From NCBI GenBank assembly GCA_002897715.1, contig BDUA01000039.1, positions 244-64,243 on the forward strand: 64,000 bases of DNA. The letters are read 5' to 3'. This DNA is from a bacterium BMS3Abin01. GTDB lineage: Bacteria; Actinomycetota; Thermoleophilia; BMS3ABIN01. The translations under genes and the position numbers were made by a program. Each line of letters opens with the position of its first letter. The stretch's first letter is position 1. Below are positions 28,146-38,104 of this stretch, one piece after another. The notes beneath the pieces are model-generated. The model was given only the letters and a program-made list of their open reading frames with translations. It was not told where the DNA came from and searched no databases.

Positions 28146-29273
28146 ATGCTGAGCATAGGGATCAACGGTCGCTCCATATTCCGTCAACTCACCGGCGTCC
28201 AGCACTACGCGATAGAGATCTCGCAGGCGCTTTGCGCCCTCCAGCCGGAGGATACCCGCTTTACGGTATTCGCCGGACGCGAAGGCCGCTCTCTTCCGGA
28301 GACCGGCATGCCCGTCTCATCAGGCTTCTTCCCGGCCGACGGGCCGGTGCGGGGGATCCTGTGGGAACAGGCGCTCCTCCGCAGGATGGTCCGCAAGGCC
28401 GGGGTCGATGTACTTTTCAATCCCGGCAATGTCGCCCCCCTGTTCCCGGGGGTCACCAGCGTAGTCACCATCCATGACCTTGCTTTTCTCCTGTTCCCCG
28501 GGTTCTTCTCCCGGAGCTTCGCCCGCTACTACCGCGAGGCGATCCCCAGGATAGCCGCCCGCGCCGGCGCCATAATCACTGATTCAAACAGTACCAGGGA
28601 TGACCTGCTGAACCACTATGCCCTTCAACCCGGTAAGATCTCGGTAGTGCCGCTGGGGGTGTCTCCCAGGTTCCGCGTCAGGCCGTCCGAGGAGAAACTG
28701 CGGGAGATACGGAAGCGGTATGGCCTCCCAGCCAGGTTCTTTCTTTCCATCTCCAGTTTTGAGCCGCGAAAGAATCTGCGGGCCCTGGTCAAGGCCTTCC
28801 GGCTCCTGTCGGCGGATGTCCTCAACGAATATGGTCTGGTGCTGACCGGCGCCGGTGGACATGTGTTCGCCGACGACGGCACCGCGGCGGAGATTTCAAA
28901 GCTGGAGAGCGGCAATGTGATAACTACCGGCTACGTGCCCGCGGATGACCTGATAGCCATATACCATCTCGCCGCCGCACTGGTATATCCCTCACTGTAC
29001 GAGGGATTCGGCCTGCCGGTCCTGGAAGCGATGGCATCGTCCACTCCCGTTATCACCTCCGACCGCTCGGCACTGCCCGAGGTCGCCGGTCACGCCGCCA
29101 TACTGATAGACCCGGAAGATACCGAGCAGCTGACCGCGGCCATGGAACTCATCGCCACTGATTCCGGCACCAGGAATCTCCTGGTGGAGCGCGGCAGGAA
29201 GAGGTCCGCCCTGTATACCTGGGAGGATTCTGCCGAGAAGACACTGGCCGTCATCCGGTCCGTGGCCGATTGA
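28146..29273 (+). CDS. GT4 (GT-B fold) glycosyltransferase
   Basis: 'EGFGLPVLEAMASSTPVITSD' motif. Confidence 0.8.
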   Translation: MLSIGINGRSIFRQLTGVQHYAIEISQALCALQPEDTRFTVFAGREGRSLPETGMPVSSGFFPADGPVRGILWEQALLRRMVRKAGVDVLFNPGNVAPLFPGVTSVVTIHDLAFLLFPGFFSRSFARYYREAIPRIAARAGAIITDSNSTRDDLLNHYALQPGKISVVPLGVSPRFRVRPSEEKLREIRKRYGLPARFFLSISSFEPRKNLRALVKAFRLLSADVLNEYGLVLTGAGGHVFADDGTAAEISKLESGNVITTGYVPADDLIAIYHLAAALVYPSLYEGFGLPVLEAMASSTPVITSDRSALPEVAGHAAILIDPEDTEQLTAAMELIATDSGTRNLLVERGRKRSALYTWEDSAEKTLAVIRSVAD

Positions 29274-29277
29274 GCCA

Positions 29278-31023
29278 TCATGGCTGACGCCCGCCGGTCT
29301 TCCCGGCCGACAGCGACACCAGGCCCAGCAGGATGAACCACATCAGCATCACACCCGTCTGCCATAACGGATACTCGAACATCCCGTGGCCGATATAGGC
29401 GATCATGGACACCAGGAGTCCCAGGGATAACAACCTGACATCGCCGGCAGCCGACCGGTCGCGGGCCGTCTTCACCAGCAACCAGACCGCGGAGGCCAGC
29501 AGGTACACCAAAGCGGCAAGACCGGTTATTCCAGTATTGGCCATGGCATTCAGGAAGATGTTGTGGGCTCCCAGCCTGGGGTCCAGCTCGACGCCCGGCA
29601 GGAACTCCACATATCGTTTTCTGAACTGATCCGGACCCAGACCCAGTATCGGGTTCGCCTTCCAGGCACTGACGGCAGCGCTCCATAGCTGTCTCCTGGG
29701 TATGGACATCGGCGCCGGGTTCCTGTCATAGAACGTGGACGGGGATTCAGGTATGACGAACAGGCTGCTTCCTGATTCCTCGAGATCGACCGGTACCACC
29801 AAGGGACTCACGCCGGTATGTGAGAACGGCGCGTCGATGAACAGTTCATAAACCAGAACATACCTTCCCGGCGTTGCCGGTGTCATGACATCCACATCGA
29901 TATCAACCTCATCCCCCGGATATACATCACGGGGGACATCGGCAACGATCAGCTCCACGTCCTGGTTGACCATCTGCGGATAACTCAACCACCGGTATAC
30001 CACCAGCGCCGGTTCATCTCCCGGACCCGCCCATTTTTCCGTCCCCCGGTTGCTTGCATGGATCCTGGTCGAGATCTTCTCACCCGGTCTGAATTCCGGG
30101 GTAATAGCGGTCAGGGTGTACTCGGCGTTGAAGCGCTGCTCCTGTTCGGCCAGGCCCAGCCTGAAAGCCATGGTATTGCTGAAGACGGCGGAGACACCCA
30201 CCAGAGACACGAAAAAGACCGCCGCCACCGCGAAAGACAGGTAGACGCGGCGCCCGTAGCCGCAGACAGCCGCCAGGACAGCGCCGCCAAGGAGGGTGGC
30301 CGGCGCCACCACATAGGCGCTCCGGGTGTAGGTGTAAGCAATGGCAGCCAGAGGGATGAAGGTGCAAACCAGCGTGAGGACCATCAGCAGCCTTCTCTGT
30401 TTCAGTTCTTTCGCGGTCCCCGCCAGCCACAGGCCGAAAGCAAGCAGCACCGGTATCAACATCTCCAGGTAGAAAGCGAATATCGTCGGGAAGGGAAGCG
30501 TGGATGAGATCCTTACGTTGTAATAGGCGCCGAAGGTGATGATCCTCTCTTTAAAAGGTGAGAGTAGCGCCTTCATGCAGGTCAGGCTGAAGTTCTCCAG
30601 CACCCCCACCAGGGATACCAGCACGACCGTGGCCGCGATGGCGCCGGCGACGACCAGATGCGGCCGGTACCGTCGCGGCAGCCTGGTTATGCCAAAATAT
30701 ACCAGCGTGCCGTAAGTCAGCCTCAGGGAGAACTTGAACGCACTCGGCCGGTCTTCCGATAATGCTGATGAGAGATAGTTGCTGGCCAGGAACAGGATAA
30801 CGGCCAGGTCGAGGGACTTGAGCCTGAATATCCTCCTGCCCGCCTGGAGACCCCAGACTACCGATGTGGCGATAAAGAATCCGACCGCGATCTCGGAGGT
30901 GGTGAATCCTACCGGCCCCAGGGAGAAGACCGGCGTCAGCACCTCCAGCGTAGTCGCGACTATCGCGACCACCGCACCGAACATCACCAGCCTTGCTGGA
31001 AACCGGTCACTATCTGTTCTCAT
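29278..31023 (-). CDS. Wzy/O-antigen ligase family membrane protein with inserted extracytoplasmic beta-rich domain
   Basis: Ten or more TM helices. Wzy_C-like 'GAHNIFLNAMANTGITGL'. A ~130-aa hydrophilic insert sits between TM blocks. Confidence 0.65.
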   Translation of the reverse strand: MRTDSDRFPARLVMFGAVVAIVATTLEVLTPVFSLGPVGFTTSEIAVGFFIATSVVWGLQAGRRIFRLKSLDLAVILFLASNYLSSALSEDRPSAFKFSLRLTYGTLVYFGITRLPRRYRPHLVVAGAIAATVVLVSLVGVLENFSLTCMKALLSPFKERIITFGAYYNVRISSTLPFPTIFAFYLEMLIPVLLAFGLWLAGTAKELKQRRLLMVLTLVCTFIPLAAIAYTYTRSAYVVAPATLLGGAVLAAVCGYGRRVYLSFAVAAVFFVSLVGVSAVFSNTMAFRLGLAEQEQRFNAEYTLTAITPEFRPGEKISTRIHASNRGTEKWAGPGDEPALVVYRWLSYPQMVNQDVELIVADVPRDVYPGDEVDIDVDVMTPATPGRYVLVYELFIDAPFSHTGVSPLVVPVDLEESGSSLFVIPESPSTFYDRNPAPMSIPRRQLWSAAVSAWKANPILGLGPDQFRKRYVEFLPGVELDPRLGAHNIFLNAMANTGITGLAALVYLLASAVWLLVKTARDRSAAGDVRLLSLGLLVSMIAYIGHGMFEYPLWQTGVMLMWFILLGLVSLSAGKTGGRQP

Positions 31024-32149
31024 TTGCGACTTCCCTGAGGAGCGCGAGGGTCTTCCCGGCTACATTCTCCCACTTGAACTGCCGGGCGCGCGCCAGGCCT
31101 TTGTCCCTCAGGCTCTGCGCCAGGCCGGCGTCGCCCAGTATGCGCTCTATGGCCTCGGCCACATCATCCACGCTGAGGGCATTGATATACAGGCCGGCGT
31201 CGCCCACCACCTCGGGCAGCGACGAGTTGCGGGAGACTACTACCGGGGTGCCGGAGGCCATGGCCTCCAACGGCGGCAGGCCGAACCCTTCATACAGCGA
31301 AGGATAGACCAGCGCCTCGGCCTGCCGGTACAGGGGCGGCAGGAACTCATCGGGGACGTATCCGGTGATATGTACCCTCCCCAGCAGGTCACGCCGCTCC
31401 AGTTCGTCGAAGATGGCCTGCGCCATCCAGCCGCGCCTTCCGGCCAGCACCAGATGGATATCCGGCCGCGTGGCTGCCACCTTGTCGAAACCCTTGATCA
31501 GCAGGTTGATGTTCTTTCGAGGCTCCAGGGTCCCCACGAACAGCACATAGGGCCGGAGGATACCGAAATATTCCAGCACCTTGCCGTCATCGGGTCCGGG
31601 TTCGGGACTGAACTCCGGCGAGGCGCCCAGGTGGATGACCTCCACCTTGTCGTCGGGCACACCCATGACCCGGATCAGGTCCAGCTTGGTATTGTTGGAA
31701 TCGGCGATAAGGCGGACACTGCGGCGCGTCGACATCGGCACCAGGCTCCGCGCCCAGACCACATTGCGCAGGGAATGGGTCTTGGGGAACAGCCTGAAGG
31801 AAAGGTCGTGAATGGTGATCACGGTGGGACACGGGGATGCCAGCGCCGAGACGAAATTGGTGAAGAAGCAGACATCGATGCGGTACTTCCTGAGCATGGC
31901 CGGCAGGATGAACTGCCGCCAGGGCTCCTGGAAGCGGAAACCGCTCCTGACAACGGTGACATCCGGGCGCCGGCCTGCCTCCTCCTCGAACCCGGTCTCA
32001 CGATTGCTGAACAGGAAGAGCTCCTCGCCGTCGCCCAGCATGTTCATCATGTTGCGGATGACATGGTGGGTATACCAGTCGACGCCGCTCTTGATGGCCT
32101 GGATAGCCGACAGGTCGGCCCCGATGCGCAATGAATTATCTTCTACCAT
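31010..32149 (-). CDS. GT4 (GT-B fold) glycosyltransferase
   Basis: 'EGFGLPPLEAMASGTPVVVS' motif. Confidence 0.8.
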   Translation of the reverse strand: MVEDNSLRIGADLSAIQAIKSGVDWYTHHVIRNMMNMLGDGEELFLFSNRETGFEEEAGRRPDVTVVRSGFRFQEPWRQFILPAMLRKYRIDVCFFTNFVSALASPCPTVITIHDLSFRLFPKTHSLRNVVWARSLVPMSTRRSVRLIADSNNTKLDLIRVMGVPDDKVEVIHLGASPEFSPEPGPDDGKVLEYFGILRPYVLFVGTLEPRKNINLLIKGFDKVAATRPDIHLVLAGRRGWMAQAIFDELERRDLLGRVHITGYVPDEFLPPLYRQAEALVYPSLYEGFGLPPLEAMASGTPVVVSRNSSLPEVVGDAGLYINALSVDDVAEAIERILGDAGLAQSLRDKGLARARQFKWENVAGKTLALLREVANENR

Positions 32150-32209
32150 ATATCCGCATTTTATCTGCCAGTCGTTACTTATCCAAACACCGTTCTCCCA
32201 TCTCCCGTC

Positions 32210-33316
32210 TCAACCGCCCAGGAAGCGGCGGATGACGTCCCGGTTCGCCTCCTCATCCAGGACCACATAGGAGACGCCGCCGATATACCGGCCGTAGCCC
32301 ACCAGGGTGAAGTTGCGGCTGTTCCCGTCCGGCGTGCGATATTTGCTCCATGCCAGTCTGATCAGGTCGTTGGTGGACATATCAGTAGTCATGTCGCCGA
32401 TTATGGCCGGTCCCACCGCCGGCATCTTCAGCAGGTTGACGGGGCTGGTCAGCTTCTGCTGAAGCGCCTGCATGAACTGCTGCTGGCGCCCCATCCGCTG
32501 GAAGTCGTCATCCGAGTATCTGACGCGGACATAGACCAGCGCCCGTTCGCCGTCCATGTGCTGCAGCCCGGCGTCGAAGTGGACCTGGGTCCACTGCGTG
32601 CCCTCGGGGTACTGGGAATCTATGGCCTTGGGAACGTCGATATCGACGCCGCCCAGGCTGTCAACGATCCCGGGGAACCCGTCGAAGTCCAGTTCCACAT
32701 AATGATTCACCGGCAGGCCGGTGAGCTGTTCCACCGATTCAATCTGCAACGCCGGCCCGCCGTAGGCGTAGGCCGAGTTGATCTTGCCCTCACCGTATCC
32801 GGGGATATCCGCCAGCGTATCTCGCGGAATCGACAGCTGCGAGATAGTCTTGTTCCTGCCGTCGACCCGCATCAGCAGCAGGGTATCGGCCCGCGCCGAC
32901 TCTCCCGGCCGCTGGTCGCTGCCGATGAACAGGATATTCACCGGACTCGACAGCATCCCTCCCGCGGGGGCGTCCAGGGCCTGCCGAGCGTCGGCGGGCA
33001 CCCGCTGGTTGCTGGCGCGCACCGCCTGGTCCAGCCGCCAGTAAAAGATACCGCCTGCCGCCAGCATCATTATCAGCAGCAGCAACAGCGTCACACCGAT
33101 GCGTTTCCACCAGAAGCGGCGTCGGCGCGATGGCGCGGGCGGCGGCGGCTGTCCGGACCGCCCCGGTCCGTCCGTACCCCGCGGCGGCGGCCCTGCCGGC
33201 GGCTGCTCCGTCGGCTGCTGATCCAGCTTGACCGGCCGGCCGAACCGGGAGCGCAGGCGTGAGCTGCGGTAGCGGGTATAGGGCTTGGGTTCTCTGGGCT
33301 TGTTCCTGTCTTTCAA
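32210..33316 (-). CDS. LytR-CpsA-Psr (LCP) family glycopolymer phosphotransferase
   Basis: Basic/proline-rich cytoplasmic N-terminus plus one TM. LCP core 'ILFIGSDQR...RADTLLLMRVD...SIPRDT...INSAYAYGG'. Confidence 0.85.
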   Translation of the reverse strand: MKDRNKPREPKPYTRYRSSRLRSRFGRPVKLDQQPTEQPPAGPPPRGTDGPGRSGQPPPPAPSRRRRFWWKRIGVTLLLLLIMMLAAGGIFYWRLDQAVRASNQRVPADARQALDAPAGGMLSSPVNILFIGSDQRPGESARADTLLLMRVDGRNKTISQLSIPRDTLADIPGYGEGKINSAYAYGGPALQIESVEQLTGLPVNHYVELDFDGFPGIVDSLGGVDIDVPKAIDSQYPEGTQWTQVHFDAGLQHMDGERALVYVRVRYSDDDFQRMGRQQQFMQALQQKLTSPVNLLKMPAVGPAIIGDMTTDMSTNDLIRLAWSKYRTPDGNSRNFTLVGYGRYIGGVSYVVLDEEANRDVIRRFLGG

Positions 33317-33463
33317 TGCGTGATCCGTTCGAGGGGCGCCGGGTAAAGGAAACCTTCAGCGCGCGCTGTCACTGCCGGGTAGTCTTGCAGGTAAAGTGCA
33401 CGGGCGCAAGCGCCGTGCCCGGATAGCTACCGGCGCGCCGCCGGCCGCGGCGGGCGCACCCGG

Positions 33464-33976
33464 TTACAGGCTCAGCTGGAAAACCAGGTGATAAATTACC
33501 ACGGCGCCATAGCAACCTGTGAGCACAGCCATGCCGCGGGTTGCCAGAACAGCCTGGCGGAACCTCCACAGGATGTAGGCGCCGCCGGCGACCACGGCGA
33601 ACTTGCAGGCCATGCCCAGGGGAACACTGATCGCAAACAGGCCGGCCATAGCCGGATTGGCCTCGGTAAAACCCAGCGACAGGGCGCGGGCGGTGAGGAC
33701 GGCATCCAGGGCGTTGAAGGTCAACAGGAGGATGATCATCGCCCAGATAAAGGTGCCGGCGTTGCCGCGCGAAAACCTCTCCGACAGCAGGCCCTCTTCC
33801 AGCTGCAGTTCCGTGGGGATCCAGTTACTGGCGATCCGGCGCTCATTGAACGACCAGTGCCACCAGGGGGTTTTATCCCGACGCCGGTTTGTTATCAGGA
33901 ATCTGCAGTCCCCGCAATCACTATCGCAGGAAGACCGCCAGTTGATATCTGCCATACAGACGAGTTCAGCTGCCAC
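33464..33976 (-). CDS. Small membrane protein with N-terminal Cys cluster and DUF5658-like domain
   Basis: 'CDSDCGDC' Cys-rich head. 'LLLTFNALDAVLTARALSLGFTEANP' resembles DUF5658. Three TM helices. Confidence 0.4.
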   Translation of the reverse strand: MAAELVCMADINWRSSCDSDCGDCRFLITNRRRDKTPWWHWSFNERRIASNWIPTELQLEEGLLSERFSRGNAGTFIWAMIILLLTFNALDAVLTARALSLGFTEANPAMAGLFAISVPLGMACKFAVVAGGAYILWRFRQAVLATRGMAVLTGCYGAVVIYHLVFQLSL

Positions 33977-34170
33977 TTTCTCTTCACTTTCTCTCCCCCC
34001 TGCTTTCAGGCCTCCTCTCTTTTTAACATCCGGAGGCAGGATCCATCAATACCCCTTGGGGTATATTCGGGGAGGGGTTGTGTCCTGTTTGTCAACCCAT
34101 CCCCCGGCTCCACCAACCGCCACCCCTCCCTTGTCATTGACTCCCATGCAGGATAAGTTACACGCTGACA

Positions 34171-35166
34171 ATGGATATACAGGGAATGGAACGCGTAATC
34201 ATGACAGCTGACACGGACAAAATCGTTATCGGAGTCGATGTGGGCGGCACTACCACCACCGCAGGGCTCATCGACTCCGGCCTGAACGTGCTGGAGAGCA
34301 GCGAACGCCAGACGGACACCTCCAGTCAGCAGGCTCTGCTGTCCAGCCTTCAGGATACGGTCCGTGACCTGGCTGCCGCCCTGGACGGTCCGGTGGCTGC
34401 CGTGGGTTTCGGTATCCCCTCCATGATCGACCAGTCCCGCGGCAGGACCGTGATGTCGGTGAATGTCCCCCTTGCCGATTTGGATTTCGTCCAGTACATG
34501 CGGCGCCGTCTGGACATGCCGGTGTTCATCGACAATGACGCCAACGTCGCCGCCCTGGCGGAGGCCCGGGCCGGCGCTGCCCGGGGCGCCAGGCATATGG
34601 TCATGGTGACTCTCGGCACCGGCATCGGCGGCGGCATCATCATCGACGGCCGCGTCTACCGCGGCGCCACGGGCAGCGCCGCCGAGCTGGGACACATGGT
34701 GATAGACGCCAACGGTCCCCAGTGCCCCGGCGCCTGCCCCAACTACGGATGCTTTGAGGCCATGGCCTCCGGGCCGGCGCTGACCCGCTACGCTCGCGAG
34801 GCGGCGACGGCCAACCCCGGCTCACCCCTGGGGCAGGCCGCAGCCGCGGGCGAAAAGCTGGACGGGGCCCTGGTCCAACGGCTGGCGGACGGCGGCGACC
34901 GGGTGTCAGGTGACGTCTTCGACCGCCTGGGCTTCTACCTGGGAGTGGGTATGACCAGTCTGGTCAACATCTTCAACCCGGAATACTTCATTGTCGGCGG
35001 CGGCGTTATGCGCGCCGGCGGCCTGGTACTGGAACCCGCCCTCGAGGTACTGAGGACCCGCGGGCTGAAGCCCAACCGCGATATCGTCCAGGTGAAGGCC
35101 GCCCGGTTCGGCCCCGAGGCCGGCATGCTGGGCGCCGCCTGCCTGGCACTGGAAAGTATGGAGTGA
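34171..35166 (+). CDS. ROK family sugar kinase (glucokinase-like)
   Basis: 'IGVDVGGTTT' ATP-binding motif. ROK glycine-rich and Cys/His zinc motif region (CPGACPNYGC). Confidence 0.8.
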   Translation: MDIQGMERVIMTADTDKIVIGVDVGGTTTTAGLIDSGLNVLESSERQTDTSSQQALLSSLQDTVRDLAAALDGPVAAVGFGIPSMIDQSRGRTVMSVNVPLADLDFVQYMRRRLDMPVFIDNDANVAALAEARAGAARGARHMVMVTLGTGIGGGIIIDGRVYRGATGSAAELGHMVIDANGPQCPGACPNYGCFEAMASGPALTRYAREAATANPGSPLGQAAAAGEKLDGALVQRLADGGDRVSGDVFDRLGFYLGVGMTSLVNIFNPEYFIVGGGVMRAGGLVLEPALEVLRTRGLKPNRDIVQVKAARFGPEAGMLGAACLALESME

Positions 35167-36329
35167 CGACTTTGGGGAAAGTATATTTCGTATCAAGCCG
35201 CGCCGACAGCAAGGACCGCACCCTCACCAAATACCGGCGCCTGGTGAGCGCCCTGGGCCTGCGGCGCATCATAGCTGAAAACGACCTGGTAGCCATCAAG
35301 CTCAGCTTCGGTGAACCGGGGAACTTCACCTACCTGCGCCCCCAGTACGTACGCGTCATCGTCGACGAGGTCAAACGGTTGGGAGGACGGCCCTTCCTCA
35401 CCGATGCCAATACACTGTACGCCGGCGCCCGCCAGAACTCCCGTGACCATCTGATAACCGCCATGGAGAACGGCTTCGGCTACGACGTGACCGGGGCGCC
35501 GGCCGTTATCGCCGACGGGCTCCTGGGGCACGATTACCGGACGGTGTCCATCAGAGGCGAACACTTCGATGAGGTGAAGATCGCCTCCGCGGCCCTGGAC
35601 GCCGATGTCATCATCTCCCTGGCGCACTTCAAGGGTCACATGGTCAGCGGATTCGGCGGCACCCTGAAAAACCTCGGCATGGGGCTGGGCGCCAGGCCCG
35701 GCAAGCAGATGATGCATTCCGGCATCCATCCCCGGGTGACGGCCCGGGAGTGCGAAGGCTGTGCCCGCTGCCTCAAGTGGTGCCCCGAGGGCGCCATCAC
35801 CCTGGTCCCCCGACCTCGCAGCAGGAAGAAGGAAAAGGTGGCGCTCATCGACAGTGGGGCCTGCATCGGCTGCGGCGAGTGCGTAGCCTCCTGCTTTACC
35901 GGCGCCATCGCTATCAACTGGAAGACCGATCCGGCGGTTATGCAGCAGAAGATGGTGGAGTTCGCCCTGGGCGTTCTCCGGGACAAGAAGGGGAAGTTCG
36001 CGGCTATCAACTACATCCTGGATGTCACCCCCGACTGCGACTGCCTGGGCTGGAGCGACAACCCCATCGTCCCCAACATCGGTATCGCCGCCTCCCGCGA
36101 CCCGGTAGCCGTTGACGCCGCCGCACTGGACATGGTCGATCACGCCCGGGGTAGCGCCGACAGCGCCCTGCCGGCATCACGACTCAGCGGCGGAAACAAG
36201 TTCGGCGCCATACACCGGGGTATCGACCCCCGGGCGCAACTGGACCATGGGGAGCGGATCAGACTGGGCAGGAAGAACTATGAACTGGTCAAACTTGACA
36301 AATCCGGTCGCAAAGGGCATAAAGAATAA
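35163..36329 (+). CDS. DUF362 domain protein with 2x[4Fe-4S] ferredoxin-like insert
   Basis: 'CEGCARCLKWCPEGAI' and 'CIGCGECVASC' cluster motifs inside a DUF362-like scaffold. Confidence 0.65.
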   Translation: MTTLGKVYFVSSRADSKDRTLTKYRRLVSALGLRRIIAENDLVAIKLSFGEPGNFTYLRPQYVRVIVDEVKRLGGRPFLTDANTLYAGARQNSRDHLITAMENGFGYDVTGAPAVIADGLLGHDYRTVSIRGEHFDEVKIASAALDADVIISLAHFKGHMVSGFGGTLKNLGMGLGARPGKQMMHSGIHPRVTARECEGCARCLKWCPEGAITLVPRPRSRKKEKVALIDSGACIGCGECVASCFTGAIAINWKTDPAVMQQKMVEFALGVLRDKKGKFAAINYILDVTPDCDCLGWSDNPIVPNIGIAASRDPVAVDAAALDMVDHARGSADSALPASRLSGGNKFGAIHRGIDPRAQLDHGERIRLGRKNYELVKLDKSGRKGHKE

Positions 36330-36369
36330 TAACGTTATCACTTCGAGTTATTCACAGGAGGAAGAACGA

Positions 36370-36540
36370 TGCCCTTTGAGATCTCTGATGAATGTCTCAT
36401 CTGCGGGGTCTGCCTGGACGAATGCCCCGTGGAAGCCATCTCCGAAGGTGAAGACCAGTATTTTATCGATGTCGATGAGTGTACGGACTGCGGTTCCTGC
36501 TATGAGATCTGTCCCAACGATTCCATCAACGAGATGTAGC
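36370..36540 (+). CDS. Small 2x[4Fe-4S] ferredoxin (56 aa), not in the supplied ORF track
   Basis: Manual translation gives MPFEISDECLICGVCLDECPVEAISEGEDQYFIDVDECTDCGSCYEICPNDSINEM. Two CxxCxxCxxxCP motifs. GGAGGAAG sits 6-7 nt upstream of the ATG. Confidence 0.7.
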
Positions 36541-36573
36541 CCGATCCGGCCCCGTATCACCACCGCCAAAGAG

Positions 36574-36604
36574 GAGCGAGGACGCCGTCCTTGCTCTTTC
36601 CGCT
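36574..36604 (+). terminator. Candidate intrinsic terminator hairpin after the ferredoxin gene
   Basis: GAGCGAGGAC-GCCG-GTCCTTGCTC inverted repeat with one G:U, followed by CTTTCC. The U-tract is weak. Confidence 0.35.
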
Positions 36605-36616
36605 GAAGAGGACGGC

Positions 36617-37444
36617 ATGCTCTACGTCTGCCCCACACCCATCGGCAACCTGGGAGACATCACCCTCAGGGTGCTGGAGACGCTGCAGCGGGTGGACCTG
36701 GTTGCCGCCGAGGACACCCGCCGCACGGCACAGCTTCTCAGCCACTTCGATATAAGCAAGCCGCTGCTGAGCTTCTTTGAACATAACGAACTGCGCCGGT
36801 TGCCGGAACTGTTGGACCACCTCAGGGCCGGCAGGGATATCGCCCTGGTCTCGGACGCCGGCATGCCGGGTATCAGCGACCCGGGTTACACGCTCATCCA
36901 CTCCGCCCTGGACGAGGGCCTGGCGGTGGAGGTGCTGCCGGGACCGTCGTCCATCGAAACGGCGCTGGTGTCATCGGGGTTCCCTGCCGACAGCTTCCTG
37001 TTCCGGGGCTACCTGCCGAGGAAGAAGGGCGAACTGCGGCGGGCACTGGAGGAGATCGCCGCGTCCGGGCGCACCTGTGTCACCTTCGAGTCACCGCGGC
37101 GCCTGCGCCACACCCTGGTAGAGGCGGAGACTATCACCGGCATGGGCCATATCGCCGTCTGCCGCGAGCTGACCAAGAGATTCGCCGAAATCAAACGCGG
37201 CCCGGCGTCGGTGCTGCTGGAAAACCTGCCGGATAATATCAAGGGCGAGATAGTGCTGGTGTTCGCGCCGGCGGAGCAGACGGACCTCACCACTACCGAT
37301 CGCCGTCAGCTGGAGCGCGCCGTCAGAGAGCTGCAGGCGGAGGGGCTGTCCACCAGGCGGGTCGCCGAACTGGTTTCCTTCTTCACCGGCGCGCCCCGCA
37401 GAAAAGTCTACGACATGGCCCTGCGATTGAAGGAGGAGCACTAG
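36617..37444 (+). CDS. rsmI: 16S rRNA (cytidine1402-2'-O)-methyltransferase
   Basis: 'LYVCPTPIGNLGDITLRVLETLQRVDLVAAEDTRRT' is diagnostic of the RsmI/tetrapyrrole-methylase fold. Confidence 0.9.
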   Translation: MLYVCPTPIGNLGDITLRVLETLQRVDLVAAEDTRRTAQLLSHFDISKPLLSFFEHNELRRLPELLDHLRAGRDIALVSDAGMPGISDPGYTLIHSALDEGLAVEVLPGPSSIETALVSSGFPADSFLFRGYLPRKKGELRRALEEIAASGRTCVTFESPRRLRHTLVEAETITGMGHIAVCRELTKRFAEIKRGPASVLLENLPDNIKGEIVLVFAPAEQTDLTTTDRRQLERAVRELQAEGLSTRRVAELVSFFTGAPRRKVYDMALRLKEEH

Positions 37445-38097
37445 ACCGGTTCCGCCGTCAGAATCTCGAACAGTCCCCTGCCGGCCGCCTGACGCCGGAT
37501 TATGCGGAACCCCGATGACTCCATCTCCCGGGACAGGCCACGAGCCCACATGTCGGTCAGGGTCTCTGTCTCCGCCAGCTTGACCACCGCCATGCCCAGC
37601 CGCGTGAAGGTCGTGTCCGGCCGACGCAGGTCCGCCACCACCAGCCTGCCGCCGTCAGCCAGCACCCGGCGCATCTCCATCAGGGCGTTCTCCCGTCCCC
37701 GACGGTTCATCTCGTGAACGGCCAGCGAACTGGTGACTCGGTCGAAGGCGGTATCGCCAAAGGGGAGGTCCTCGGCGTTGGCATTGATGAATTCCAGACC
37801 AGCAGACCCTGCCTTGCGGCGGGCTACTTCCAGCATCCCGTCCGCCAGGTCCGTGCCCACCACCCGGCCTCCGGGCCCGGCACGGCCCGCCAGCAGCAGC
37901 GCCAGGGTGCCCGTGCCGCAATTGACATCGAGCACAGCGTGCCCCGGCTGGATATCAGCTGCTTCGGCTATGGCCTCCCGGAAGGTCCGCTCGCCGCCTA
38001 TCAGTCTGAAGGCGGCGCGCAGGCCGCCGTCATAGAAGCGGGCCAACCGGCCGAATTCGTCGCGGTAGTAACCGGAAGTCCTGTTGCCGCCGGCCAC
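37441..38097 (-). CDS. Class I SAM-dependent methyltransferase
   Basis: 'VLDVNCGTGTLALLLA' motif I. Confidence 0.8.
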   Translation of the reverse strand: MAGGNRTSGYYRDEFGRLARFYDGGLRAAFRLIGGERTFREAIAEAADIQPGHAVLDVNCGTGTLALLLAGRAGPGGRVVGTDLADGMLEVARRKAGSAGLEFINANAEDLPFGDTAFDRVTSSLAVHEMNRRGRENALMEMRRVLADGGRLVVADLRRPDTTFTRLGMAVVKLAETETLTDMWARGLSREMESSGFRIIRRQAAGRGLFEILTAEPV

Positions 38098-38104
38098 GAC
38101 CGCC

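Noticed and set aside
35193-36143. 316-aa minus-strand ORF over the DUF362 gene
   Set aside because: It is antisense to a CDS with clear 4Fe-4S motifs. It is a GC-frame artefact.
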